From NCBI GenBank assembly GCA_965215605.1, contig OZ244070.1:1472001-1536000 (forward strand): DNA of 64,000 nt, given 5' to 3'. The notes under the pieces were generated by a model. That model did no database searches and was not told the origin of the DNA. It saw only the letters and a list, made by a program, of their open reading frames with translations. This DNA comes from an uncultured Candidatus Binatia bacterium (lineage in GTDB: Bacteria; Desulfobacterota; Binatia; UBA9968; JAJDTQ01). The translations under genes and the position numbers were made by a program. Numbering within the stretch: the first letter of the stretch is position 1; every line of letters begins with the position of its first letter. This document shows positions 37,118 to 46,169 of this stretch, in pieces.

Positions 37118-39907
37118 ATGAGCGGCAGCACAAAAGACGAGTGGCCGTATCCGGGTTCGCGCTGGTGGAAATTCGATTTCCACACACATACACCCGCTTC
37201 TTTTGATTTTGCGGAGCCGGGACTGTCACCCGAGGGTTGGCTACAGTGCTACATGGCGGCGGGTGTCGACTGCGTGGTCGTAACCGATCACAACAGCGGC
37301 TCGTGGATCGATAAGCTCAGGCATGCTTATCAACAGATGAAACAGCAGGCGGCGTCAGAAACCGGACATGGTGGATTTCGTGAACTGACACTCTTTCCGG
37401 GCGTAGAACTTTCAGTGAACGGCGGTTTCCATCTGCTGGCGATACTCGATCCAAGTGCCGACACGGCCCAGGTTGACACCCTGCTGGGACAGGTGGACTA
37501 CGACGGCACCAAGGGTCAAAGCGACGGCGTCACACGTAAGGGGGCTGCGGAGGTCGTCAAGGCTGTGTTGAACGCCGGAGGCATCCCGATTCCGGCCCAT
37601 GCTGATGGTGAAAAGGGGTTGTTGCGCCTGAAACAGGGGAATTCCGGCGCACTCGACGCCAATTCCGTCCGTCAAGTTCTGGATGAACCCGGTATTCTGG
37701 CAATGGAGGTGGTGGATACAAGGAACCCGAAACCTGAAATCTATCACGAACGTAAGTTGTTGTGGTCGGAAGTCCTCGGCAGTGATTGCCATAGGTTGCA
37801 GGGCGAATTCAGTCCTGGTTCCCAGTACACTTGGGTGAAGATGGCAGAGCCTTCACTTGAAGGGCTCCGGTTAGCTCTGTTGGACGGCAACGGCGTTTCG
37901 ATTCGGCGTAGCGATGAGGGTGGGTTCGAGCCGTTCAAGACGCCCGCGCACTTCATTACCGGTTTGCAGGTTCGAAGCGCCCGCTTTATGGGGAACGGAG
38001 TCCCCGAGACCGTAGCGTTGAGTCCCTTCTACAATGCCGTGGTCGGCGGCCGCGGCACGGGCAAGTCCACCCTCGTATGTGCGATCCGGTTGGCGTATCG
38101 TCGCGAGTCTGAACTCAAGAGACTCAGCGAAGACGCAGACCCGCGTCGTCACCTCGAAGCTTTCGTGAAACCAATCAAAGGCCGTGACGGTGGCGGCGCG
38201 CTACGGGAGAACACCGAAATTAGGGTCGAATTGCTGCGCGAAGGTATCGTCCACAGGCTAAGGTGGCGGCCGGATGGAACAGGAGATGTTGTCGAAGAAT
38301 GCGACGCTGATGGCCAGTGGCGATCCTCTGCCAGCCAGGCAATCCATGCCGAGCGCTTTCCAATCCGTTTGCTGTCACAGGGACAGATTGCAGCAATGGC
38401 GGGCGACAATCGCCAAGCCCTACTCGATATTATCGATGATGAAGCACACGTTGCTGCGCAGCATCGGACCTTCGACGAAGCAAAGAACACATACCTCTAC
38501 CAACGAGCTAGACTCCGTGAACTCGAAGGACGCTTGGCTGGTCGGCAGGAGTTGCAGCGCAAGCTCGATGAGGTGTCTCGCAAGCTCGAGACTTTGACTC
38601 AATCACACCATGCGGAGGTCCTGAAAGCCCACCAACAGGCGACGAGACAGCGACGGGAAATCGACGCCACATTAGAGCAGTTGAAGGAGATACCTGAACG
38701 GATCCAGACATTCGCGCAGGATTTGATACTCGACGACTGGCCAGAGGATGTCTTTGATACCGAACTGGATGCCGACGCCTTGGAGTGGCGCCGTGAGGTA
38801 GAGAAGGTACTGTCGGAAGCGCTTGAAGCACTGGCCGAGGCAGGTGGAAACTTGCTCGCTACGACGCAACCTCTTGTTTCACATGATCGGCTCAACCAAT
38901 GGCGCCAACGCGCGGGTCAAGCCCATGCAGCCTATGACGCGCTTCAGGTCACATTGGCGGAGCAGGGGGTGTCCGACCCACGCGTGTTTGGCGATCTCGT
39001 CTTGGAACGGCAGCGTTTGGAAGCACAAGGCAAGGAACTCGAACAGTTGCAGGAGGAGGCAGCGCGGTTGCAAACCGATATTGAGGCTCAATGGCAACGA
39101 GTGTTTTGGGCACGCAAAGCGATAGCAGACGCACGAGCGGCGTTTGTGGACGGTGCATTGGCCGCGAATGCGTTCGTGAAAATGGAAGTGATCCCGTTTG
39201 GCTTTGATGCGCAAGTGATTGAGCGCAGCCTGCGTGCAATGCTGGACGTCGAGGATGAACGCTTCGAGGGCGATCTACTCCCTTTGGTTAACGGTGAGCC
39301 CAAGTCCGGTTTAGTAGTCGAATTGTCGCAAGCAACCGATCATGCGGAGAAGCTCGCTGAAGTGAAGCAGAGGATGATCGACGTTGACGAAAGGCTCGGC
39401 GGTCACTTCCGAAACTACCTGAAGCGCCGGTTGGAAAGGCCGGAGTTTGCCGATCACCTCCGTTGCTGGTTCCCCGAAGATGACCTGCGCATCGAATACA
39501 GCCGTGGCGACAACCAGTGGGCGCCGATCCGAGAAGGCTCACAGGGCCAACGCGCGGCGGCTCTGCTGGCGTTTCTGCTCGCATTTGGAGACGAACCCTT
39601 GGTGCTCGATCAACCGGAAGATGACCTGGACAATCACCTGATCTACGACTTGATCGTACGCCAAATTCGCGCGAACAAGCTGCGCAGGCAACTCATCATT
39701 GTAACGCACAACCCCAATGTCGTGGTGAATGGGGATGCCGAGATGGTCCACGCGCTGGATTTTAGTTCGGGCCAGTGTCGCGTCATTCAGCGTGGCGCGC
39801 TTCAGGACACGTCAGTGCGTGAGGAGGTGTGCCGAGTCATGGAAGGCGGTCGTGAAGCGTTCGCACGCCGCTGGGCGCGTCTGGGAAGAGACCCCAAGTA
39901 TGTTTGA
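37118..39907 (+). CDS. PHP phosphoesterase + SMC-like ABC ATPase (TrlF/Ppl-like), putative defence protein
   Basis: PHP motifs 'WWKFDFHTHTPAS', 'TDHN', 'GVE', 'AHAD', 'GSDCH'; Walker A 'GGRGTGKST'; long coiled coil; signature 'SQGQR'; Walker B 'LVLDQPEDDLD'; 'VTHNPN'. GGAGG RBS; codon usage unlike flanks. Confidence 0.85.
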   Translation: MSGSTKDEWPYPGSRWWKFDFHTHTPASFDFAEPGLSPEGWLQCYMAAGVDCVVVTDHNSGSWIDKLRHAYQQMKQQAASETGHGGFRELTLFPGVELSVNGGFHLLAILDPSADTAQVDTLLGQVDYDGTKGQSDGVTRKGAAEVVKAVLNAGGIPIPAHADGEKGLLRLKQGNSGALDANSVRQVLDEPGILAMEVVDTRNPKPEIYHERKLLWSEVLGSDCHRLQGEFSPGSQYTWVKMAEPSLEGLRLALLDGNGVSIRRSDEGGFEPFKTPAHFITGLQVRSARFMGNGVPETVALSPFYNAVVGGRGTGKSTLVCAIRLAYRRESELKRLSEDADPRRHLEAFVKPIKGRDGGGALRENTEIRVELLREGIVHRLRWRPDGTGDVVEECDADGQWRSSASQAIHAERFPIRLLSQGQIAAMAGDNRQALLDIIDDEAHVAAQHRTFDEAKNTYLYQRARLRELEGRLAGRQELQRKLDEVSRKLETLTQSHHAEVLKAHQQATRQRREIDATLEQLKEIPERIQTFAQDLILDDWPEDVFDTELDADALEWRREVEKVLSEALEALAEAGGNLLATTQPLVSHDRLNQWRQRAGQAHAAYDALQVTLAEQGVSDPRVFGDLVLERQRLEAQGKELEQLQEEAARLQTDIEAQWQRVFWARKAIADARAAFVDGALAANAFVKMEVIPFGFDAQVIERSLRAMLDVEDERFEGDLLPLVNGEPKSGLVVELSQATDHAEKLAEVKQRMIDVDERLGGHFRNYLKRRLERPEFADHLRCWFPEDDLRIEYSRGDNQWAPIREGSQGQRAAALLAFLLAFGDEPLVLDQPEDDLDNHLIYDLIVRQIRANKLRRQLIIVTHNPNVVVNGDAEMVHALDFSSGQCRVIQRGALQDTSVREEVCRVMEGGREAFARRWARLGRDPKYV

Positions 39908-41168
39908 CAACCCACTAGAGCTACTGGACGCGATTCGGCTGGGCGAAAGCAGCCGTCTGGAGTTCAAAGAAGTGCGCTTCGCTGGCGGTAAAGTCCGGGG
40001 ACCCAGCCGCGACGCGCTCGCAGACGGGCTGGCTGCTTTCGCCAACAGTCATGGTGGTGTGTTTGTCCTCGGGGTTGAGGACAAGACTCATGAAGTGACT
40101 GGTGTTCCAGAGGAGCGCCTGGATGCGGTCGTGGATCTGGTCCGCGAAGTGTGCTCGGATTCCATCGATCCCCCCATTGAAGACGTCGTTCTGGAGCGGC
40201 TCCGGTTGCCTTCAAGCTCTGGTGAGTCATTGGCCGTTGTAAGGGTAGAAGTGCCGCGCAGCCTGTTTGTCCATCGAAGCCCGGGCGGTTTCATGGCTCG
40301 GACGACCGATTCAAAACGCCCTATGTCCCCGGAGCGGCTTGCCCGTCTCTTTCAGCAACGCAGCCAGACGCGTCTCATCCGCTTCGACGAGCAGGTCGTC
40401 GGGACCGCCCGAATGGACAATCTGGAGCCACGCTTGTGGCAGCGGTTCCGCACGTCCCGCTCCGACGACGACCGGGACGATTTTCTCAACAAGCTTGGTA
40501 TGGTACGTGCCGACGAGGACGGCACGGTGAAGCCAACGGTGGCCGGCATCTTGATGGCCACCGAAGATCCGCGCCTGTGGTTGCCCAATGCGTATGTCCA
40601 AGCAGTCGCGTATCGTGGAGACGTTATCCGACCCTCGACGGTTGACGCCTACCAACTAGACGCCGCGGATGTGACAGGACCTCTCGACCATCAGATTGTC
40701 GAGGCCTGTCGATTCGTGGCTAGGAACATGAAGACGGCGGCATACAAGGAACAAGGACGCACGGACAAACCACAATATGAGCTAACCGCCGTGTTCGAGG
40801 CTATGGTGAATGCAGTAGCCCACAGGGACTACTCGATTCATGGCTCCAAGGTAAGACTGCGACTATTCGAGAACCGCCTGGAGATATATTCCCCCGGAAC
40901 CGTTCCTAACTCGTTGACCATTGAGAACCTCCGCTACCGGCAGTCAGCGCGGAACGAGGCCATTTGCAGCCTTTTGGCCAAGTGTGCAGTCCCTGACGGG
41001 GCTTGGTTGACGACGGACCGACGGAACATTATGGACAAACGCGGTGAAGGAGTGCCGCTTATCCTGGATCGTAGCGCAGAGTTGTCCGGCCGGGATCCCG
41101 AGTACCGGCTGATTGACGATGCAGAACTCCTTCTGACGATTTTCGCCGCAAGTGAGTATACTCTCTAG
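39900..41168 (+). CDS. Schlafen/AlbA_2 domain + HATPase_c_4 (RecG C-terminal-like) protein
   Basis: 'GESSRLEFKE', 'AAFANSHGGVFVLGVED', 'EAMVNAVAHRDYS', 'RLEIYSPG', 'RNEAI', 'DKRGEG'; overlaps the upstream gene by 8 nt. Confidence 0.82.
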   Translation: MFDNPLELLDAIRLGESSRLEFKEVRFAGGKVRGPSRDALADGLAAFANSHGGVFVLGVEDKTHEVTGVPEERLDAVVDLVREVCSDSIDPPIEDVVLERLRLPSSSGESLAVVRVEVPRSLFVHRSPGGFMARTTDSKRPMSPERLARLFQQRSQTRLIRFDEQVVGTARMDNLEPRLWQRFRTSRSDDDRDDFLNKLGMVRADEDGTVKPTVAGILMATEDPRLWLPNAYVQAVAYRGDVIRPSTVDAYQLDAADVTGPLDHQIVEACRFVARNMKTAAYKEQGRTDKPQYELTAVFEAMVNAVAHRDYSIHGSKVRLRLFENRLEIYSPGTVPNSLTIENLRYRQSARNEAICSLLAKCAVPDGAWLTTDRRNIMDKRGEGVPLILDRSAELSGRDPEYRLIDDAELLLTIFAASEYTL

Positions 41169-41191
41169 CTCTCGTAAATCCTGAGAACGGC

Positions 41192-41974
41192 ATGGCATCC
41201 TGCATCGACCTCGAAGCCAAGGACGGCGTTGCGTTCATCACCCTGAACAGGCCAGAGCGGCTCAACGCCATGAACGAGGAGATGTGGGCGGAGCTGGGGC
41301 GGGTGTGGGACGCGTTCGCGGCGGATCCGGCGGTTCGGGTGGCGGTGGTGAGCGGTGCCGGCGAGCGGGCGTTCTCCACCGGCATGGACCTGAAGGAGCG
41401 GGCGGTGGCGGGCGACCCCCGTGCGCGGGAGTTCTGGACGTCGGCGCTGGCCCGGGACCCGGGGCGCCGGGAGCCGGTGTGGAAGCCGATGATCGCGGCG
41501 GTGCACGGGTACTGTCTCGCCGGCGGCTTCGAGATCGCCCTTTCCTGCGACATCCGCATCTGCAGCGACGACGCCTCCTTCGGCCTGCCGGAGATCAAGC
41601 GCGGTTTCTTCCCGGGCAGCTCCGGCACCGTGCGGCTCCCCCGCCTCATGCCCTTGGGCAGGGCCCTGGAAATGCTCTACACCGGCGAGTCCATTTCCGC
41701 GGACGAAGCCTTCCGCTGCGGCCTGGTGAATCGGGTGGTGCCGCGGGACGAGCTGTTGCCGGCGGCGGAGAAGCTGGCCCGGTCCATCGCCGACGGGCCG
41801 CCGCTGGCGCTGCAGGCGGTCAAGGAGGTGGTGCTGCGGAGCCTCGACCTGCCGTTGGCCGACGCCATCCGCTTCGAGGCCGGGTTCCGCGCCATGGTGG
41901 GCGGTACCGAGGACGCCGGCGAGGGCCCCCGGGCCTTCAGCGAGAAGCGGCAGCCGCAGTACAAAGGGCGCTAG
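41192..41974 (+). CDS. Enoyl-CoA hydratase/crotonase family protein
   Basis: 'ITLNRPERLNAM', 'AFSTGMDLKE', 'KPMIAAVHGYCLAGGFEIAL.CD', 'FGLPE', 'AFSEKRQP'. Confidence 0.92.
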   Translation: MASCIDLEAKDGVAFITLNRPERLNAMNEEMWAELGRVWDAFAADPAVRVAVVSGAGERAFSTGMDLKERAVAGDPRAREFWTSALARDPGRREPVWKPMIAAVHGYCLAGGFEIALSCDIRICSDDASFGLPEIKRGFFPGSSGTVRLPRLMPLGRALEMLYTGESISADEAFRCGLVNRVVPRDELLPAAEKLARSIADGPPLALQAVKEVVLRSLDLPLADAIRFEAGFRAMVGGTEDAGEGPRAFSEKRQPQYKGR

Positions 41975-41994
41975 TGTCGCGGGAGAGGACCCCC

Positions 41995-43623
41995 ATGTAC
42001 CAGGACCTCCGGGAATATCTCCAGTTGCTGGACCGCCAGGGCCTGCTCATGCGGGTAGCCGCCCCGGTGGACAAGGACACGGAGTTGCATCCGCTGGTGC
42101 GCTGGCAGTTCCTGGGATTGCCGGACCACCAGCGCAGGGCGTTCCTGTTCGACAACGTGACCGACGCCAAGGGCCGGCGGTACGAGACCCCGGTGGTGGT
42201 GGGAGCGCTGGCGTCCAACGAGGCCATCTACGCCCTGGGCATGGGCTGCGAGCCCGGCAAGAGCTTCGAGAAGTGGTCCGCGGCGGTGGCCGCGCCACTG
42301 GCGCCGGAGCTGGTGGACACCGGCCCGGTCAAGGAGGAGATCCACGTCGGCGACGGTCTCCTGGAGCACGGCGGCCTGGACGAATTCCCGGTGCCCATCT
42401 CGACGCCGGGGTTCGACAACGGCCCCTACTTCACCGCCTGCCACTGGATCACCAAGGACCCGGAGACCGGCATCCGGAACGTCGGCAACTACCGCGGCCA
42501 GATCAAGTCCCCCGCAAAGACCGGCGTCTACCTCATCAGCGCCCAGCAGGATCTGGCCATCCACTGGAACAAGGCCAGCGCCCTGGGGCAGCCCCTCCCC
42601 GCCGCCGGGGTCATCGGCGCGGTGCCCTGCCTCTCCTACGTGGCGGTGCAGAAGATCGCCTACGGGGTGGACGAACTGGGCGTGGCCGGCGCCATCCTGG
42701 GCCGGCCTATGGAACTGGTCAAGTGCGAGACCGTGGACCTGGAGGTGCCGGCCAACGCGGAGATCGTCATCGAGGGCTACATCCGCACGGATCTGCTCGA
42801 GCCCGAGGGCCCCTTCGGCGAGTCCCACGGCTACATGGACCCGCGCAGCCTGAGTCCGGTGTTCGAGGTGACCTGCATCACCCACCGGAGGAACCCCCAC
42901 TACGTGGGCGTGCTGAGCCAGGTAACGCCCAGCGAGAGCAGCAAGATCAAGCACCGGGGCTGGGAGTCGCTGGTGCTGGACCACCTGCGCAACCACTGCA
43001 GCCTCAAGAGCGTGGTGCGGGTGGGCATGCACGAGCCCTTGGTGAACCTGCGCCAGTTCGTGGTGGTGCAGATGCGCAAGACCCACAAGCTCGAGCCCTG
43101 GCAGGCGATGATGGCGGTGCTGGGTTTCCGCTACGACCTCGGCAAGGTGGTGATCGCGGTGGACGACGACATCGACCCCGAGAACTTCGCAGCGGTCAAC
43201 TGGGCCATCTGCCACCGCTCGCAGCCGCACAAGGACGTGCGCATCATCGAGGGCCGCCAGACCGTGCATTCGCCCATCAACCTGGTGCGCATGCACGGCC
43301 ACGCCGGCGACTACGACAGCGAGGACTCGTCACTCCTCATCGACGCCACCAAAAAGGCCGAGTTCCCGCCGGTGTCGCTGCCCACCCGGGAGTACATGGA
43401 GCGGGCGCGGAAGCTGTGGGACGAACTCGGCATGCCGGAGCTGAAATACGGCAACCCGTGGCACGGTTATTCCCTGGGCCTGTGGCCGTCGGAGCTCGAC
43501 GAGGAAGCGGCCCTGGCGGTCAAGGGCGAGCACCACCGCACCGGCGCCAAGCTGGACGAGCGCGCCGTCCCGGTGGAGCGCGGCGAGCGCCTGCAGGACG
43601 TGCAGAAGCGATGGAAGCCGTAG
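41995..43623 (+). CDS. UbiD family prFMN-dependent (de)carboxylase
   Basis: 'MYQDLREYL', 'KDPETGIRNVGNYR', 'VPANAEIVIEG', 'EGPFGESHGY', 'VIAVDDDID', 'LIDAT'. Confidence 0.9.
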   Translation: MYQDLREYLQLLDRQGLLMRVAAPVDKDTELHPLVRWQFLGLPDHQRRAFLFDNVTDAKGRRYETPVVVGALASNEAIYALGMGCEPGKSFEKWSAAVAAPLAPELVDTGPVKEEIHVGDGLLEHGGLDEFPVPISTPGFDNGPYFTACHWITKDPETGIRNVGNYRGQIKSPAKTGVYLISAQQDLAIHWNKASALGQPLPAAGVIGAVPCLSYVAVQKIAYGVDELGVAGAILGRPMELVKCETVDLEVPANAEIVIEGYIRTDLLEPEGPFGESHGYMDPRSLSPVFEVTCITHRRNPHYVGVLSQVTPSESSKIKHRGWESLVLDHLRNHCSLKSVVRVGMHEPLVNLRQFVVVQMRKTHKLEPWQAMMAVLGFRYDLGKVVIAVDDDIDPENFAAVNWAICHRSQPHKDVRIIEGRQTVHSPINLVRMHGHAGDYDSEDSSLLIDATKKAEFPPVSLPTREYMERARKLWDELGMPELKYGNPWHGYSLGLWPSELDEEAALAVKGEHHRTGAKLDERAVPVERGERLQDVQKRWKP

Positions 43624-43656
43624 TGTCCTGGCTCGCGGATACGTGCACCCGGCGCG

Positions 43657-44406
43657 ATGGAGCTTGACGGCACCCTGGCCCTGGTGGCCGCGGCCATCTT
43701 CTTCGCGGGCTTCGTCAAGGGCGCCGCCGGCATGGGCTTTCCGCTCATTGCCACCCCCATGCTGACGCTGCTGCTCGACATCCGCATGGCCATCGTCGTG
43801 CTGGTGCTGCCCAGCGTGGTGATGGACCTGAGCCAGATCTTTCGCCACGGCGTCCCCACCGCCATCTTCCGGCGCTTCTCGTCCATGTTCCTGTTCGCGT
43901 TGGCGGGCGTGTTCCTCGGCACCTGGGAGCTGACCCAGCTCCCCCTGTGGGTGTTGAACCTCATCCTGGGAACGGTGGTGATCCTCTTCGCGGGTTCCGG
44001 GCTATTCTCGTTCACCCTCACCACCTCGCCAAGGGCGGAACCGGTCATGTCCCCGGTCATGGGGTTCGCCGGCGGCTTCTTCCTGGGACTGACCAACACC
44101 ATGGGTCCGGTCATGGCCCTCTATCTGCACGGGTTGAAACTCGACAAGGCCGACTTCGTGAAGGCCATCTCCACCGCCTTCATCATGGCCAAGTTCTGGC
44201 AGATCGTGGCCATCTCCACCTGGGGCCTGTTCACCATCGAGGCCATGAAGCTCTCGCTGTTCGTCACCGCGTTCATTCTCGTGAGCTTCTACCTGGGCCT
44301 GAAGGCGCAGGACCGGATCCGCCAACAGACGTTCAACCGGGGCATCCTGGCGCTGCTGATCTGCACCGGGCTGATGCTGGTCTACCGCGCCCTGAACGCC
44401 CCGTAG
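43657..44406 (+). CDS. TauE/SafE (TSUP) family membrane transporter
   Basis: 249 aa hydrophobic; 'AGFVKGAAGMGFPLIA', 'GGFFLGLTNTMGP'. Confidence 0.85.
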   Translation: MELDGTLALVAAAIFFAGFVKGAAGMGFPLIATPMLTLLLDIRMAIVVLVLPSVVMDLSQIFRHGVPTAIFRRFSSMFLFALAGVFLGTWELTQLPLWVLNLILGTVVILFAGSGLFSFTLTTSPRAEPVMSPVMGFAGGFFLGLTNTMGPVMALYLHGLKLDKADFVKAISTAFIMAKFWQIVAISTWGLFTIEAMKLSLFVTAFILVSFYLGLKAQDRIRQQTFNRGILALLICTGLMLVYRALNAP

Positions 44407-44475
44407 CGGCTCGAGGTTTCCGCTTCTTCCGCCATCGGGAAACACTTTCCCGCCGAACCACGGTACGACCTCCCC

Positions 44476-44498
44476 GTCACCCCGGACTCGATCCGGGG
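44476..44498 (+). repeat. REP-like palindrome (GTCA-CCCCGGA-ctcga-TCCGGGG)
   Basis: GTCA tetranucleotide directly followed by a 7-bp stem, the same architecture as the 17404 and 47397 repeats. Confidence 0.45.
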
Positions 44499-44595
44499 GC
44501 CTTGCGTGACATCCCCGCCCGTTATCTGCTAAGGAAAACCTTCGAAGAGCGGACCCCGACCCGGAGCTGGACCAGCCGTAGCGGACATACGACTC

Positions 44596-46029
44596 ATGCA
44601 GGCTTTCGACTACGACGTCATCGTCATCGGCAGCGGCCCCGCGGGCTACACCGCCGCCGTTCAGGCGTGCGAACTCGGCGCCAGGGTCGCCGTTCTCGAG
44701 CGGCAGGACACCCTGGGCGGCATCACTCTCCTTTCGGGCACCATCCCCAGCAAGACCTTGCGCGAGGCCATCATCTACCTTCGAGGGGTCCGCCAACGCC
44801 CCTTTTACGGCACCGATTTCACCGAAAAGAAAGACATTACCCTCTCGGACCTGTTCATCCGGGTGCGGAAAGTGGTGGAACGGCGGGTGGCGACCATGGA
44901 CGACCGGCTGCGGGTCTACCGCGAGCGAAACCGGATCGATGTCTTCCGCGGCTACCACGCGACCCTGGACGGGCCCAACTCGGTGCACGCCTGGGTGCTC
45001 AAGAACCCCATGGAGTCCATCACCCTGAAGGCGGAGAAGATCATCATCGCCGCGGGCTCGAGGCCCCGCTTCACGCCCGACATACCCATCGACAACGAAG
45101 TCATTTTCGACTCCGACTCCGTGTTCACCCTGGAGTTCAAGCGCAAGGCGCTGCCCGAGTCGCTGATCGTCGTCGGCGCGGGGGTCATCGGAGCGGAATA
45201 CGGCTCGGCGTTCGCGGTTCTGGGCTGCAAGGTATCGCTGATCCAGCGTGACCACACTTTCCTGACGTTCGCCGAGCGTTCCATCGTCGACATGCTGATC
45301 CGGCGCATGGAGGACTACGGCGTGGAGTTCGTCTGGGGCGCCTGGTACGACAAGATCGAGCGGATGTCCGGCCGGGAGGAAAAGGCGCGGGTCTCGCTTG
45401 CCGACGGCCGGGTGCTCGAGGCGGACGCGGTGATCATCGCCAGCGGACGCGAGGTGGCCGTCAAGGTCCTGGGCCTGGAGGACGTGGGGGTGGAGACCAC
45501 CGAGCACGGGCTCATCAAGGTCAACGAGCTGTTCCAGACGTCGGTGCCCAGCATCTATGCCGCCGGCGACGTGGTCGGCTTCCCGGCGCTGGCCTCCACC
45601 AGCAGCGAGCAGGGCCGCATGGCCGCCAACTACGCGCTGGGACGCCGCGCGGGCGGACGCAGGACGCTGTTCCCCATGTGCGTCTACACCATCCCCGAGA
45701 TCGCCATGGTGGGCTACACCCAGCAGGAACTGGAAGCCAAGGGCATCCCTTACGCCAAGGGCGTAGCCACCTACGAGGAGGTCACCAAGGCCGGCATCAT
45801 CGGCGACTCGCACGGCATGCTCACCCTGCTGTTCGAGCCCAACAGCGGACACTTGCTCGGGGTGCACATCATCGGCGACCAGGCCTGCGAACTGATTCAC
45901 ATCGGGCAGGCGGTGCTGAGCTACAACGGCACCATCGACTACTTCATCGACAATGTGTTCAACTTTCCGACCATGGGGGAGTCCTACAAGATCGCGGCCC
46001 TGAACGGGGTGAAGGAGCTGGGCGCCTGA
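44596..46029 (+). CDS. sthA: Soluble pyridine nucleotide transhydrogenase
   Basis: 'VIGSGPAG', 'GTIPSKTLRE' without a redox CxxxxC, 'IYAAGDVVGFPALASTSSEQGR', 'FNFPTMGESYKIAALNG'. Confidence 0.88.
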   Translation: MQAFDYDVIVIGSGPAGYTAAVQACELGARVAVLERQDTLGGITLLSGTIPSKTLREAIIYLRGVRQRPFYGTDFTEKKDITLSDLFIRVRKVVERRVATMDDRLRVYRERNRIDVFRGYHATLDGPNSVHAWVLKNPMESITLKAEKIIIAAGSRPRFTPDIPIDNEVIFDSDSVFTLEFKRKALPESLIVVGAGVIGAEYGSAFAVLGCKVSLIQRDHTFLTFAERSIVDMLIRRMEDYGVEFVWGAWYDKIERMSGREEKARVSLADGRVLEADAVIIASGREVAVKVLGLEDVGVETTEHGLIKVNELFQTSVPSIYAAGDVVGFPALASTSSEQGRMAANYALGRRAGGRRTLFPMCVYTIPEIAMVGYTQQELEAKGIPYAKGVATYEEVTKAGIIGDSHGMLTLLFEPNSGHLLGVHIIGDQACELIHIGQAVLSYNGTIDYFIDNVFNFPTMGESYKIAALNGVKELGA

Positions 46030-46050
46030 ACGGGCCCATGGCGGCAATGG

Positions 46051-46064
46051 AATGGAATTCCATT
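46051..46064. promoter_or_regulatory. Perfect 14-bp palindrome, candidate operator upstream of the Liv-type ABC operon
   Basis: AATGGAATTCCATT in an AT-rich intergenic region ~105 nt before the ATG at 46170. Confidence 0.4.
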
Positions 46065-46169
46065 TCAGAACCCTTTGATTCGAAATGTGAATGTGCATAT
46101 GAATGAGCCTATGATTGGATCAGTCTAGCCAAGTGAACCCAGGTACATCGAACTCGAAAGGAGCGAGCC

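Noticed and set aside
41284-41994. Apparent long N-terminal extension of UbiD (also the extensions at 3517, 20152, 47424 and 49722)
   Set aside because: These overlap other real genes and are low-complexity Gly/Arg/Ala. Better starts with RBS or stop/start overlaps lie downstream.
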